A DNA stretch of 61,242 nt, filler included. It is 4 parts of 4 records of this genome, joined end to end, with 100 filler letters (N's around TTAATTAATTAA, not from the genome) between each part and the next. Parts side by side here need not be neighbours in the genome. Positions count along the whole stretch, not along the records: positions 11,520 to 43,381 come from SRR31147125_15449; 3 more parts are not named here. One strand, written 5' to 3'. Numbering within the stretch: the first letter of the stretch is position 1; each line of letters opens with the position of its first letter. Both the position numbers and the translations under genes were made by a program. Positions 32,348-43,066 of the stretch are shown one piece after another. A model generated the notes under the pieces. That model ran no database searches, had not been told where the DNA came from, and saw only the letters and a program-made list of their open reading frames with translations.

Positions 32348-34111
32348 TTACAAGGCTTTTTCATTCACAGACCCAATGGAGACAAGCTCTCCTGCTTCAA
32401 CACCATTTTCAATGACAATTTTATAAAGATCGGAATACCCGACTTTAACAGGACGAACCTGAAAATTATCATCATCCAGTTTCACAAACACGATGTCCTG
32501 TCCATCTTGTTGAGACAGGGCTTCTACAGGGACAGTTACAACATCGGTCAGTTCATCAGTTAGAATAGCGGCATCAGCGTACATGCCCATTCGAATCTCC
32601 TGACGAATCGAGTCTGGGACTCCTTTAATGCTGATCCGGATTGGAAAATATCGATAGTTCCCGTCAATAGTGGCATTACTGGCAATCCAATCCACACGAC
32701 CCTCTAATTTTACATCTTGAAAACCCCTGCCACTGATAACTACTTTTTGGCCGGTTTTTATCTTTTTTACACTCATTTCCCCTACGACTGAATTTATAAT
32801 ATATGCTTCTGTCGCACCTATGGTTGCTACCAGATCCCCATCGTTGACCATTTCTCCTTCATCTTTAAAAAGCCCTGTTTTCCCATTCTCCAATTCAGGT
32901 AGCATAACGATACCTGCCACATCTGTACGAATAAGTGTCGCTTCATACCGATCCTCAACTTCATCCAATTCTTCTTTTGCATTGGAAAGCTTGAGTTTTA
33001 ACATTTCTAATTTTTCAGGGCTTCCTTTGTCAATCTTTGATTCAAGAGTCTGCTTTTCATTTTCGTAATCATACTCGGTTTTTTTAAAAGAAGTCAGGGC
33101 CTGGTCATATTCCACTCTTGGGATTATGCCTTTTTCAAAAAGCTTTTTGGTTTCTTCTAATTTTTTTCTTTCATTATTTAACGAAATTTTTGACAGTTCA
33201 TATTTTCGGTTTGCCTGCATAACCTCGAGACTATTTTCCCAATCCTTGAGCTGAGTATATTCATCAAGCAATTCCATATATTTAACGCGAGCGGACCGAA
33301 CATTCTTGGCAAGCTCTTTGGTGTCCATTTGATAGAGAATATGGCCTTTGGGGACATAATCGCCTTCCTGGAAATTTCGTTTAACAACTTTTCCAGACGT
33401 TTGAGCTGCGACAGTAACCTTGCTAAATGGTTCAATAACACCGGAAATATCTGATTCTATAACCATGGTATCATTCCTGGCAAGCACATACTCTTCTCTG
33501 ACTTTTTGGCGTTCGTCAGCCACCCCCTTTGTAGGTAATATTTTAATACTATTCTTGGAATAAAAAATAAGCACGAGAAAAACTGTGAAAATAAACACAG
33601 CAAAAGTGAGTTTTAAAAACTCAAACTTTGATAATATTTTTGTCAATTCACTATTCTTTTCTTTAACCCTCTTCAGCTCTGTCTGAAGTTGGCTAATAGC
33701 TTCAACATCCGAAACAGTTGTACCAACAATAGTTGATTTTCGACTCGGTCTTACAAAAACAACAAGAGACTTTTTCTTTGCAATCCTGCCTATAAAATCC
33801 TTGTCACTTAGCAAGGATACAGAAACAGTAATTGTTATTAGCTCATCGGCGCTATTATAATAATTAATTTCCTTTAGATGACACTCTAAATTCTTGTGCA
33901 GCGCTTCGTCAAGAATATGCACAAAAGCACCATGTCTTGTTTTCTCACTAAAAACATCTGTATAAGTATGATTGATTAGGTCTGATTCATGGAAATCCAA
34001 TAATTTACGTGCCGGCTCATTAGCAGAAAGAATTGTGCCATTTAAATCCAGAACCAATACCCCGTCGTGAGTATGATCAAGTATATTATCTAACAAATTT
34101 ACTTTTTTCAT
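32348..34111 (-). CDS. Efflux periplasmic adaptor (MFP) with N-terminal cytoplasmic PAS domain
   Basis: ILDHTHDGVLVLDLNGTILSANEPARKLL (PAS), coiled coil, one TM, then SGVIEP...SGKV...EGDYVPKG lipoyl half, alpha hairpin, RMGMYA, VPVEAL, VKVG...GVEAGELV. Confidence 0.87.
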   Translation of the reverse strand: MKKVNLLDNILDHTHDGVLVLDLNGTILSANEPARKLLDFHESDLINHTYTDVFSEKTRHGAFVHILDEALHKNLECHLKEINYYNSADELITITVSVSLLSDKDFIGRIAKKKSLVVFVRPSRKSTIVGTTVSDVEAISQLQTELKRVKEKNSELTKILSKFEFLKLTFAVFIFTVFLVLIFYSKNSIKILPTKGVADERQKVREEYVLARNDTMVIESDISGVIEPFSKVTVAAQTSGKVVKRNFQEGDYVPKGHILYQMDTKELAKNVRSARVKYMELLDEYTQLKDWENSLEVMQANRKYELSKISLNNERKKLEETKKLFEKGIIPRVEYDQALTSFKKTEYDYENEKQTLESKIDKGSPEKLEMLKLKLSNAKEELDEVEDRYEATLIRTDVAGIVMLPELENGKTGLFKDEGEMVNDGDLVATIGATEAYIINSVVGEMSVKKIKTGQKVVISGRGFQDVKLEGRVDWIASNATIDGNYRYFPIRISIKGVPDSIRQEIRMGMYADAAILTDELTDVVTVPVEALSQQDGQDIVFVKLDDDNFQVRPVKVGYSDLYKIVIENGVEAGELVSIGSVNEKAL

Positions 34112-34522
34112 AAAGTCTTGCCCTGTTATTTAGTCCCGGGTTTGGTTTATATGATATCTTCCCGGACCCCAAAAGTTAATAATATTTAAAACATTTTTTA
34201 AAGCTATAATCATTCTAAATTGTTTATAATAATGTTACAGCTACGTTATTTATGGAACAAAAAGCTGTTGGATCAAGTAATCAGGTATGAAGTGTGCATG
34301 GAAAATAAAACTTTAAGCCCACTTTAGCATTAGAAAATAAGAATAAATAGATTTATAGTCAATACTATTTTAATAAACCGGTTTACTAATATCGGTTAAA
34401 CGTATTCATTAATAATAAGTTCCTATAATAATCTTATGTTTATATTTCTTTTGTATTGAGTTTTTATAATAGATGATGTACTTTTCTATATGCAATCAGA
34501 CTCACATATCCGGAGGAAAACT

Positions 34523-35839
34523 GTGAAAAAAATATTTGTTCTCGACACAAATGTTATTTTGCATGACGCTAATTCCATTTTTCATTTTGACGATAACGAT
34601 GTCGTTATCCCAATGACGGTCATAGAAGAAGTCGATCAATTTAAAAAAGGGCATGAATCAATTAATTATCATGCCCGGGAATTTATTCGCCTGTTGGATA
34701 ATTTCCCGAGCGACTCGTTGGTTAATGGTGGGGCTACCCTTGGCGAAGGGCGTGGTCATATCTCAATTCTCGCTATATTCAATGATGAGCCTGAGGTATC
34801 AAATGCCTTTGTCGAAAAAAGTGCCGATCATCGCATTTTGAGTGCGACATTATCAGTAAGCAAAAAATTTAAAAATAACTATGTTGCCCTGGTAAGCAAA
34901 GATGTGAATCTGCGTTTAAAAGCCAAGTCCCTTGGGATGAACTCTCAGGACTATTATACCGACAAGATTGAAGATGTCGAAAAACTTTATCGTGGCAAAC
35001 GAATGATAGAAACATTGGATCCGCAGATCATTGATCTGATGCATACCAATCCTTTTGAAATATCTGCCGCTGAAATGGAAATCGAAAATATTGCGCCAAA
35101 TGAGTACTTTATCCTCAGGAGCAATGGCAAATCCGTTCTGGCCTATTACAATCCCTTGTCACTCAAGTTCGAAAGAATTGATAAATATCCCTGCTACGGA
35201 ATCCTCCCGCGAAATGCCGAACAAACATTTGCACTTCATGCACTGTTAAACAGGGATTCGCAGTTGGTCACGCTTAGTGGTAAAGCAGGTACCGGGAAAA
35301 CGTTACTCGCTCTTGCTGCAGCTCTCGAACAACGTAAATTTTATAAACAAATATTTTTGGCCCGACCGGTTGTTGCTCTCGCCAATAAAGACCTGGGTTA
35401 CCTGCCAGGAGACATAGAATCCAAGTTAGCACCCTATATGCAGCCGCTTTATGACAATTTGACTGTCATTCGAAACCAGTTCAATGAATCGGATCAAAAT
35501 TACAAACGAATTCAGGACATGCAGGAAAATGGCAAACTGGAAATAGCTCCTCTCGCCTATATCAGAGGTAGAAGCCTGGATCATATCTTTTTTATTGTAG
35601 ACGAGGCACAGAACCTGACACCGCTTGAGGTGAAAACAATTATTACCAGGGCTGGTGAAGGGACAAAGGTTGTATTTACCGGCGATCCATACCAAATCGA
35701 TACGCCTTATCTGGATTCACGTTCCACTGGTCTCAGCTATTTAATTGATAGAATGAAAGGTCAAAATATTTACTCGCATGTTACTTTGGAAAAAGGGGAA
35801 CGATCAGAGTTAGCCGAATTGGCCAGCAATTTGTTATAA
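34523..35839 (+). CDS. PIN-PhoH (PhoH2) protein
   Basis: N-terminal PIN (VLDTNVILHD, VIEEVD, DHRIL, SKDVNLR) plus PhoH ATPase (GKAGTGKT, YIRGRSL, DEAQN); GTG start after GGAGG. Confidence 0.92.
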   Translation: MKKIFVLDTNVILHDANSIFHFDDNDVVIPMTVIEEVDQFKKGHESINYHAREFIRLLDNFPSDSLVNGGATLGEGRGHISILAIFNDEPEVSNAFVEKSADHRILSATLSVSKKFKNNYVALVSKDVNLRLKAKSLGMNSQDYYTDKIEDVEKLYRGKRMIETLDPQIIDLMHTNPFEISAAEMEIENIAPNEYFILRSNGKSVLAYYNPLSLKFERIDKYPCYGILPRNAEQTFALHALLNRDSQLVTLSGKAGTGKTLLALAAALEQRKFYKQIFLARPVVALANKDLGYLPGDIESKLAPYMQPLYDNLTVIRNQFNESDQNYKRIQDMQENGKLEIAPLAYIRGRSLDHIFFIVDEAQNLTPLEVKTIITRAGEGTKVVFTGDPYQIDTPYLDSRSTGLSYLIDRMKGQNIYSHVTLEKGERSELAELASNLL

Positions 35840-35951
35840 CTCTATCAACATCAATGAATCCTCACCTTGTAAGCGTTTTGCACGTTTTTGTGAAATATTT
35901 TTTATAGAGGATTGTTTTACTCTGTGACTGATTAATCTAAACTCGAGGTAA

Positions 35952-38264
35952 ATGAAATTGGCATCAATTACGATATACAGGCAAAAATCCTTTATTATGT
36001 TTCACAATCTGTTTTTAATCTTATTTGTCTTTGTTTCTTTAGCCATCGCACAATCATCCGGTACTGTTACAGGTATAGTGCGTGATGCTACAACAAAAGA
36101 ACCACTAATAGGGGCAAATGTTATTATTGTTAACACCAATATGGGGGCTGCTTCTAATACAGACGGATACTTTGAGATTAAAGCAGTCCCACTTGGAACC
36201 TACTCCATCCGGGCTCTTGTTATCGGCTATTTACCTGTCACTAAAACTGATATTGTCATTAATCCGGTCAAACCTGTAAAACTGGATCTCTCTCTGAAAC
36301 AGACGGCTCTTGAATTTGATGAATTAACCGTAAAACCAGATTATTTTTCGGAGGTGCTGAACAAGCCTGTTAGTACTCGCACTCAATCAAATGAAGAAAT
36401 AAGGCGCTTACCCGGAGGTTTTGAAGATGTTGTCCGCGCTATATCCATACTACCCGGCGTTGCCCAGGCACAATCCGGACGTAATGATTTAATCATTCGT
36501 GGTGGTGCGCCTTCTGAAAATCTTTATGTGATAGATGGGCTGGAAGTACCAAATATCAACCATTTTAACACCCAGGGTGCCAGCGGGGGTGCTCTGAGTT
36601 TTCTTAACCTGGATTATGTGGAAAATACTACATTTTCAAGTGGTGGTTTTGGTGTTCGTTACGGCGACAAGTTGTCTTCTGTCTTGTCCATTAACCTTGA
36701 GGATGGACGTAATGACCAGATTGGAGGAAAAACAACTATTTCCGCAACCCAATTCGGTCTGGATCTGGAAGGGCCACTCAATAAAGACGACTCTTTTATA
36801 TTTTCCGCCAGAAGGAGTTATCTGGATTTTATTTTCAAAGCCGCTGGTTTTGGATTCGTGCCCGAATACTGGGATTTTCTCAGCAAAGTAAATATCAGGT
36901 TAGGTCCTAATGACAAGCTCAACATCATTGGTATCGGTGCTATCGATAAAACCAAGTTTTTTTATGATACAGAAGAACAGAGATATGATAATTCCAAAAT
37001 CATGGGAAGTTCACAGAATCAGCTCATAGGCGGAATTTCCTGGCAACATGTATTTAGAAATGGCTTTGTAACAACAACTCTGGGCCAAACTATCTATGAT
37101 TTTAACTATCAACAGAACGACATTTTGCAGCAATCCCTTTTCAAAAACAACGCGCTGGAACACGAATCGATCCTGACTGAAAATATCGTCTATAAACTTT
37201 CTTCCACTACTGATATCAATGCCGGTATCCAGGGAAAAATGATACGTGTGGATAATGAAATCGATTTGGTTCCATTTATTGATGACTATGGCCAGTTAAT
37301 TTCAGCGAGTATCGACTTCAACACAACGTCCTATAAAACAGCTGGCTGGTTTGAACTATCACAAAAATTTAACAGGTTTGATTTCCGCCTGGGCGGCCGA
37401 TTTGATTATTTCAGTTTACTGGAAAATAAAACAGCCTGGTCACCACGATTTTCTACCCAATATTCTCTAACAAATTTAACGAATTTGAACTTTAGCATCG
37501 GCCAATATCATCAAGCTCCTGCCTATATTTGGATATTGGCGAACGGCTTTAACCGGTCATTACGGTTTATCAGCGTAAATCAATACATTGTCGGATTGGA
37601 GCATCTGCTACGTGATGATTTACAAATCATTATCGAAGCTTATATTAAGGACTATTCCCATTACCCGGTTAGCCTGACCAGACCTTACCTGGCTATGGCA
37701 AATACCGGCGCAGGTTATGGCGGTTCTGAAAACGGCTTTGCCGAATTCGGACTGGACCCCCTTGTGAGTTCCGGAGTTGGAAAAGCCAAAGGGATCGAAA
37801 TCTCTATGCAAAAAAAATTATCTAACATCCCTCTATATGGCATATTTAGTCTGTCTTACAATCATTCCAATTTTACAGCGTTGGACGGGATATCCCGGCC
37901 CGGAAGCTATGACCAGCGCTGGATAGCGAATCTGGGTGGTGGCTATATTTTTAATGAAAAATGGGAAATGAGCACTAAATTTCGCTACGCTACCGGCAGA
38001 CCCTATACACCTTTTAATGACGATCTCTCCAGATCATCTAATCTTTACAATACAGCCAGAATTCCGGATAATCACTCACTGGATATCCGGATAGAACGCA
38101 AATGGTATAAAAAAAACATGATGCTTATCACGTATATCGACGTTCAAAATGTCTATAATCGTCCTCCCTATGATGTGCCACGATATAATAGTTTTGAAAA
38201 GAAATTTGATAACAATGCCAGCATAGGCCTGCTACCATCCATTGGCATTAGCGCTGAATTTTAA
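35952..38264 (+). CDS. TonB-dependent receptor with N-terminal carboxypeptidase-regulatory-like domain
   Basis: GTVTGIVRDATTKEPLIGANV, plug motif ILPGV...IIRGG.PSEN...DG, GGFGVRYGDKLSSVL, C-terminal F. Start may be 35997. Confidence 0.92.
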   Translation: MKLASITIYRQKSFIMFHNLFLILFVFVSLAIAQSSGTVTGIVRDATTKEPLIGANVIIVNTNMGAASNTDGYFEIKAVPLGTYSIRALVIGYLPVTKTDIVINPVKPVKLDLSLKQTALEFDELTVKPDYFSEVLNKPVSTRTQSNEEIRRLPGGFEDVVRAISILPGVAQAQSGRNDLIIRGGAPSENLYVIDGLEVPNINHFNTQGASGGALSFLNLDYVENTTFSSGGFGVRYGDKLSSVLSINLEDGRNDQIGGKTTISATQFGLDLEGPLNKDDSFIFSARRSYLDFIFKAAGFGFVPEYWDFLSKVNIRLGPNDKLNIIGIGAIDKTKFFYDTEEQRYDNSKIMGSSQNQLIGGISWQHVFRNGFVTTTLGQTIYDFNYQQNDILQQSLFKNNALEHESILTENIVYKLSSTTDINAGIQGKMIRVDNEIDLVPFIDDYGQLISASIDFNTTSYKTAGWFELSQKFNRFDFRLGGRFDYFSLLENKTAWSPRFSTQYSLTNLTNLNFSIGQYHQAPAYIWILANGFNRSLRFISVNQYIVGLEHLLRDDLQIIIEAYIKDYSHYPVSLTRPYLAMANTGAGYGGSENGFAEFGLDPLVSSGVGKAKGIEISMQKKLSNIPLYGIFSLSYNHSNFTALDGISRPGSYDQRWIANLGGGYIFNEKWEMSTKFRYATGRPYTPFNDDLSRSSNLYNTARIPDNHSLDIRIERKWYKKNMMLITYIDVQNVYNRPPYDVPRYNSFEKKFDNNASIGLLPSIGISAEF

Positions 38265-38460
38265 AAAAAATATTTTTATCTTTTTATAAATTTTTCTTGA
38301 ATTATAATTCCAAAACATCTAATATTCAGGAAAATGGGATCAGAACAGTCGTTCAATTCAACATTTTAAAGTGGTCGTTTTTTTAGCTCTTTTATGTATA
38401 AAGATCATATAATTTTTTTATGTGGCAGGAGTATCATTTAACGACTTTTGGAGGGTTATT

Positions 38461-38820
38461 ATGTTTGAAAAATTGAACACACTGATTCTTTGCGTCAATA
38501 ATATGGACGAGTCCGTTTACTTTTATAAAAACTTTCTTGGCCTGGAACAGGTTGATAATAAACCGAGATGGCGCACCTTTAAATTAGGCGATATGTTGCT
38601 GGGTCTTCGACCATGGACACCGGAAACCGAAGATGAGCGTCGGGTTAAACATGGTATCTGTCTGGCGTTTCACGTAAAAAATGTCGATGAATCCATAAAA
38701 GAGTTGGATAAAAAAGGGGCTCACATTTTGATTGATCCGCAGGATGCCGACTTTGGCAGATTTGCTGAAATTGCCGATCCGGATGGCTATATCATTATGC
38801 TGATATCAAAAAATGGATAG
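38461..38820 (+). CDS. VOC/glyoxalase family protein
   Basis: VNNMDESVYFYKNFLGL, LAFHVKNVD, FGRFAEIADPDG. Confidence 0.85.
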   Translation: MFEKLNTLILCVNNMDESVYFYKNFLGLEQVDNKPRWRTFKLGDMLLGLRPWTPETEDERRVKHGICLAFHVKNVDESIKELDKKGAHILIDPQDADFGRFAEIADPDGYIIMLISKNG

Positions 38821-38913
38821 AACATCGCTCTATTAGGCGCTGGTTTTTGTAAACATTATTTATAATTTTACACTTGTAAGCAGATGCTAGTCCTGTTTGT
38901 TTCAATCCAGGAA

Positions 38914-39636
38914 TCAAACAGATTTCGGCATAAAGGCAACAACGCGACAAGGAGAGCCACTCCCGTTCTTGATGGGCAGAGCCCCAATAAAGATCCATGC
39001 CCCGGTTTCTGACAGTTTTTCCAGATTCGTCAGATTCTCTATATGAAAAAGATTATGTTCAGCCAACAATTGATTGACCGCAAAATCCTTCGATTGGCCG
39101 CCATCGATGCCGTGTGTATCAATTCCCAGACCAATTACCTTCCGTTCACCAATTAACATGTCACCTGCCTCAACAGATATGCCCGGGAAATGCAACTCAT
39201 TCTGTTCTCTACCAAGATAAGTATCCGGTTCTTCCCAAAAATGACTCCAGCTGGTCTGTAATATAAACAAGACACCATCGGGTATGCGATGATATTTTTG
39301 TTCCCACTTTATAATATGATCCGGTAACAATAAATAATCCGGATTTTCCGAACAACGAGAACTGACATCCATCTTTATGGCCGTTACAAAAAGTTCATCT
39401 GGCCCGTATGCCGAAATATCAGTCCCCTTTGCACTAAAATGTTTCGGAGAACCAATATGAGTACCACTGTGTTCGCCTATTGATAAACGATTCAGGTTAT
39501 AGCCATCTCTATCAATATGCGCAATTTGGTTAATATGCGTTTTCGGATCACCGGGCCAAAGGGGCATGTGTTCAGAAACAGGATGTGTTAAATCTAATAG
39601 ATGAAAATTCATCATAGGTTCATTTCTTTCCTGCAT
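38914..39636 (-). CDS. Cyclase / kynurenine formamidase family metallohydrolase
   Basis: DLTHP...PLWPGDP, EHSGTHIGSPKH, FPGIS, GIDTHGID, IENLTNL, GSGSPCRV. Confidence 0.88.
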   Translation of the reverse strand: MQERNEPMMNFHLLDLTHPVSEHMPLWPGDPKTHINQIAHIDRDGYNLNRLSIGEHSGTHIGSPKHFSAKGTDISAYGPDELFVTAIKMDVSSRCSENPDYLLLPDHIIKWEQKYHRIPDGVLFILQTSWSHFWEEPDTYLGREQNELHFPGISVEAGDMLIGERKVIGLGIDTHGIDGGQSKDFAVNQLLAEHNLFHIENLTNLEKLSETGAWIFIGALPIKNGSGSPCRVVAFMPKSV

Positions 39637-39765
39637 TATCTTCCTGTTGTCTTGACAATCAGATTCAAAATCCTTAATTTGTTTTCATTTAATTATTTAA
39701 ATTACACCATATTTTTTCGGGTGCAACATATTTTTTAAAAGGCTGATATTTTTATCGGAAACAAT

Positions 39766-41199
39766 GTGAATAACGAACAAGAAAATATCCACAGTAAAGA
39801 TCCATTACAAAAGTGGGAGCAGGCACCTGAAGCATCTGTCGTGCTCCCTATCAGCGAGCACGAACCGGACCTCACATCCCAACCCATGAGTAAGGCGATA
39901 ATCAAACTGGCCGGACCAGCTATGATCAGCATGATGCTGCTTATGATCTTTACGCTTATAGACGGCTGGTGGGTCGGTAAACTGGGTGGTGAACAATTTG
40001 CCGGCGTCAGTGCCGCTGCTTTTTTTGTCTGGGCCATTCAATCCATTGGAACGCTTGTCAGCACCGGTGTCACAGCCATGGTGGCACGTTTTGTTGGAGC
40101 AAGGAAATTAGGAAAAGCCTCTCTGGTCACAGGGCAGGGAATGTCGTTTTCGATTCTTTTATCCATCATATGCAGTGTTGGTGCATTTTTGCTACTAAAA
40201 CCCATCTTTAACTATATGGGGCTGGACGGTCTTGTCTGGCAGGCAGCTTACAACTATATGTTTTATTATCTAATTGGATTGGCACCCATTTTTGTTTTTT
40301 ATGTCATAGAGGCTACATTCAGAGGCACCGGTGATACAAAAACACCGCTAAAGATCATCACAGTATCGCTCGTTATCAACGCATTACTGGATCCGGTGCT
40401 TATTTTTGGATATGGACCATTTCCCCGACTGGAAGCAGGCGGAGCCGCTCTTGCCACAGTGATCTCACATCTCCTGGCCGTTATAGTTGGAATTGTCCTT
40501 TTGCAAAAAAGAACCGTAAAAATTACATTTGCAAAAAGGTTTTCATTTATCAATCCAAATCTATACTGGCGAATCACACGAATTGGCGCACCAATCGCCT
40601 TTAGCGGTTTTATGTTTAGTGCGAGTTATATGTTCCTCACTCGTGTTATCACCATGTTCGGTCCCGGTCCCCTGGCCGCTCTGGGTCTGGGACACCGCAT
40701 TGAGGGCCTGGCCTATTTTGCCGGGTATGGCTTCGCTGTTGCCGCGGAAACACTCGTGGGCCAGAACCTGGGAGCGAAAAAACCGCAACGAGCAGAGAAA
40801 GCAGCATGGATGACTATACTCTATTCCACCGTATTATTAGGAGTCATCTCTCTGTGTTATTACTTTTTTGCGGAACAAATTTTCGGCTTTTTTATTAAAG
40901 ATATAAGCGTTATCAACGAAGGTGTTACATATCTCAAAATAATCGCTTTTTTTGAAATCTTTTTAGGCTTTGAGCTCATTTTTGAAGGATCCTTTAGCGG
41001 TGCTGGAAATTCGGTGCCCCCTATGCTTGTTGTAGTACCTGTTACATGGGCTCGTATTCCTTTGGCCATTCTTTTAGCACATAATTTTGGCTTGGGTAGC
41101 CAGGGTATCTGGTGGTCCATAGCTATCACAACGGCTTTAAAAGGGATCATTCTCGCTTTCTGGTTTCGACTCGGAAAGTGGAAAACAACCCGGGTTTAA
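39766..41199 (+). CDS. MATE family efflux transporter
   Basis: Multiple TM helices, LIDGWWVGKLG, RGTGDTKTP, LDPVLIFG, GQNLGA. Confidence 0.93.
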   Translation: MNNEQENIHSKDPLQKWEQAPEASVVLPISEHEPDLTSQPMSKAIIKLAGPAMISMMLLMIFTLIDGWWVGKLGGEQFAGVSAAAFFVWAIQSIGTLVSTGVTAMVARFVGARKLGKASLVTGQGMSFSILLSIICSVGAFLLLKPIFNYMGLDGLVWQAAYNYMFYYLIGLAPIFVFYVIEATFRGTGDTKTPLKIITVSLVINALLDPVLIFGYGPFPRLEAGGAALATVISHLLAVIVGIVLLQKRTVKITFAKRFSFINPNLYWRITRIGAPIAFSGFMFSASYMFLTRVITMFGPGPLAALGLGHRIEGLAYFAGYGFAVAAETLVGQNLGAKKPQRAEKAAWMTILYSTVLLGVISLCYYFFAEQIFGFFIKDISVINEGVTYLKIIAFFEIFLGFELIFEGSFSGAGNSVPPMLVVVPVTWARIPLAILLAHNFGLGSQGIWWSIAITTALKGIILAFWFRLGKWKTTRV

Positions 41200-41266
41200 G
41201 GATTTATTATGAGCCCATGTTAAATACGTAACATTATATTGTTTTTCATAATAAACGGAGGACATT

Positions 41267-41713
41267 ATGAAACGACTGCTGTATCCGGCTGGACTAATTC
41301 TTCTTTCGCTGGTGATTCTATCAGGCGCATGTGGTAATAAAAAGCAAGATACGGAAAAAACAACTCAAACAGAGGAACAAACAAAGGAACAAAAAAATAA
41401 AATTCACGTCGCTCACATATTAATCATGTACAAAGGAGCTGCCAGCTCCCCTCCTGCTATCACCCGTTCCAAAGAAGAAGCCAGGGCCGAAGCAGAAAAT
41501 GTGCTGGAGAAGATAAAATCCGGCACCAATTTTTCCGAACTAGCCCGGCTTTATTCAAATTGCCCCAGCAGTACCAAGGGCGGTATATTAAGTCCTTTTG
41601 AAAAAGGCGATATGCTCGAACCCTTTGAAAAAGCCAGCCTGGCTCTGAAAAAAGGGGAAATCAGTGAGGTGGTGGAGACAAAAGTGGGCTTTCACATAAT
41701 CAAAAAGCTCTAG
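41267..41713 (+). CDS. Parvulin-type peptidyl-prolyl isomerase lipoprotein
   Basis: Lipobox LSGAC; HILIMY, RSKEEA, FSELARLYS, GG.L..F, FEKAS, GFHII. Confidence 0.9.
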   Translation: MKRLLYPAGLILLSLVILSGACGNKKQDTEKTTQTEEQTKEQKNKIHVAHILIMYKGAASSPPAITRSKEEARAEAENVLEKIKSGTNFSELARLYSNCPSSTKGGILSPFEKGDMLEPFEKASLALKKGEISEVVETKVGFHIIKKL

Positions 41714-41717
41714 CAAC

Positions 41718-42713
41718 CTACATAGATAAAACCCGGTACCAATACTCCGGATCAACAGGTATCCCTTTTTCCATATTTTCCTTCCGGGTCAGGAGTGTTT
41801 TTTCGCCGGGATAATAGATATTCCCGTCCGGAGAATCAGGTATCGCGGCATGTAAATCATCGATAATGTTCTTCACAATCTCATCTGCCCGTTGCTGATC
41901 TGTTAAACCTGCAACATCAAAAGCAATAAAGATCTGTGACAAGCCATATTCGCGATTAAATTCAATATCATGCACGGACCGACCTTCCGAAAGAAGTGTA
42001 ACAACCAGATCCAGCATCAGCGAAAATCCGGATCCCTTCCAAAATCCAATTGGCAGCGGGCGAAAAGAATCCTCAATTGCAGCAGGATCTCGGGTCAGAT
42101 TCCCTTGTTTATCGAATCCACCGTCAAAAGGCAGCATCTCTCCTTTTCGCCGCACACTTTCCAGTTTGCCAAAAGAAAATAAGGACATGGCCATATCCAG
42201 AACTACATGACCGCTGGATCGTGGCACCGCCATAATAAATGGATTGTTCCCCAACTTTACTTCCTGACCTCCCCATGGCGGCATATTCGGCATGGTGTTG
42301 GTCCAGCAGATACCAATACACCCGGCATCAGCTGCCTGCCAGCCATAACTGCCGCCGCGCATCCAGTGATTGGTATTCTTTAAAGCAACACAGCCTACTT
42401 TGAACTGTCGGGCTAATTGAATGGCTCTGTCCATACAAAAATACGCATTCAGATTCCCCGGACCCAGGTTACCATCCCAACGCTCTAAAATACCGAATGT
42501 ATCTTTTTTCTCAGGTTCGGCATGAATGTTTACGATACCCTCCTTTATATTGTCTATAAACCGGGGAAACCGGTTCAGGCCATGGGAATAAACACCATCC
42601 AGGCTGGTCTCAGCGAAAAGCTGGGCGCATAATGCCGCTCTTTTATCTGTAAAACCGGCCTTTAACAAAACTTTGTTAAATTCCTGCAACATATCGTCAA
42701 AAGGGATGCGCAT
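41718..42713 (-). CDS. yiaK: 2,3-diketo-L-gulonate reductase (Ldh_2 family)
   Basis: DGVYSHGLNRFPRF, NTNHWMRGGSYGWQAA, GNNP, LPIGFWKGSG, YYPGE. Confidence 0.92.
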   Translation of the reverse strand: MRIPFDDMLQEFNKVLLKAGFTDKRAALCAQLFAETSLDGVYSHGLNRFPRFIDNIKEGIVNIHAEPEKKDTFGILERWDGNLGPGNLNAYFCMDRAIQLARQFKVGCVALKNTNHWMRGGSYGWQAADAGCIGICWTNTMPNMPPWGGQEVKLGNNPFIMAVPRSSGHVVLDMAMSLFSFGKLESVRRKGEMLPFDGGFDKQGNLTRDPAAIEDSFRPLPIGFWKGSGFSLMLDLVVTLLSEGRSVHDIEFNREYGLSQIFIAFDVAGLTDQQRADEIVKNIIDDLHAAIPDSPDGNIYYPGEKTLLTRKENMEKGIPVDPEYWYRVLSM

Positions 42714-43066
42714 AAAGAAAAACTCCGTTTAAAATTAGACTTGACGTTGTAACCAGATTAACTGACCTAAAATTGTTGTATCATTCATATTTAATAATAA
42801 TCGGCCCGGGTAGAAATAATTTAAGAATACCATATAATTAACGAGTGCTATTTTTAATGTATATTACAACCAATCAGTAAGTGGTACCTGATGTGCCCTA
42901 TCTGGTATAATACAAAAGATGCTGTATTGAAAATTGACCCGTTTAACCCTTGGGATGGTCAGATTTGGACCAGATTTGGTACATCCTGGGTATTTTTAAA
43001 GAACAACATTACACGCGGACAGACGCGTCGGCTTCGCACAAAGGGTAGTAGGCAGTAAAGGTAACG

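Noticed and set aside
42900-43066. Short direct repeat (CAGATTTGG x2) and a GC-richer patch downstream of the YgiT-type gene as a possible integron attC site or IS end
   Set aside because: No convincing RYYYAAC...GTTRRRY paired structure, terminal inverted repeat, integrase or transposase.
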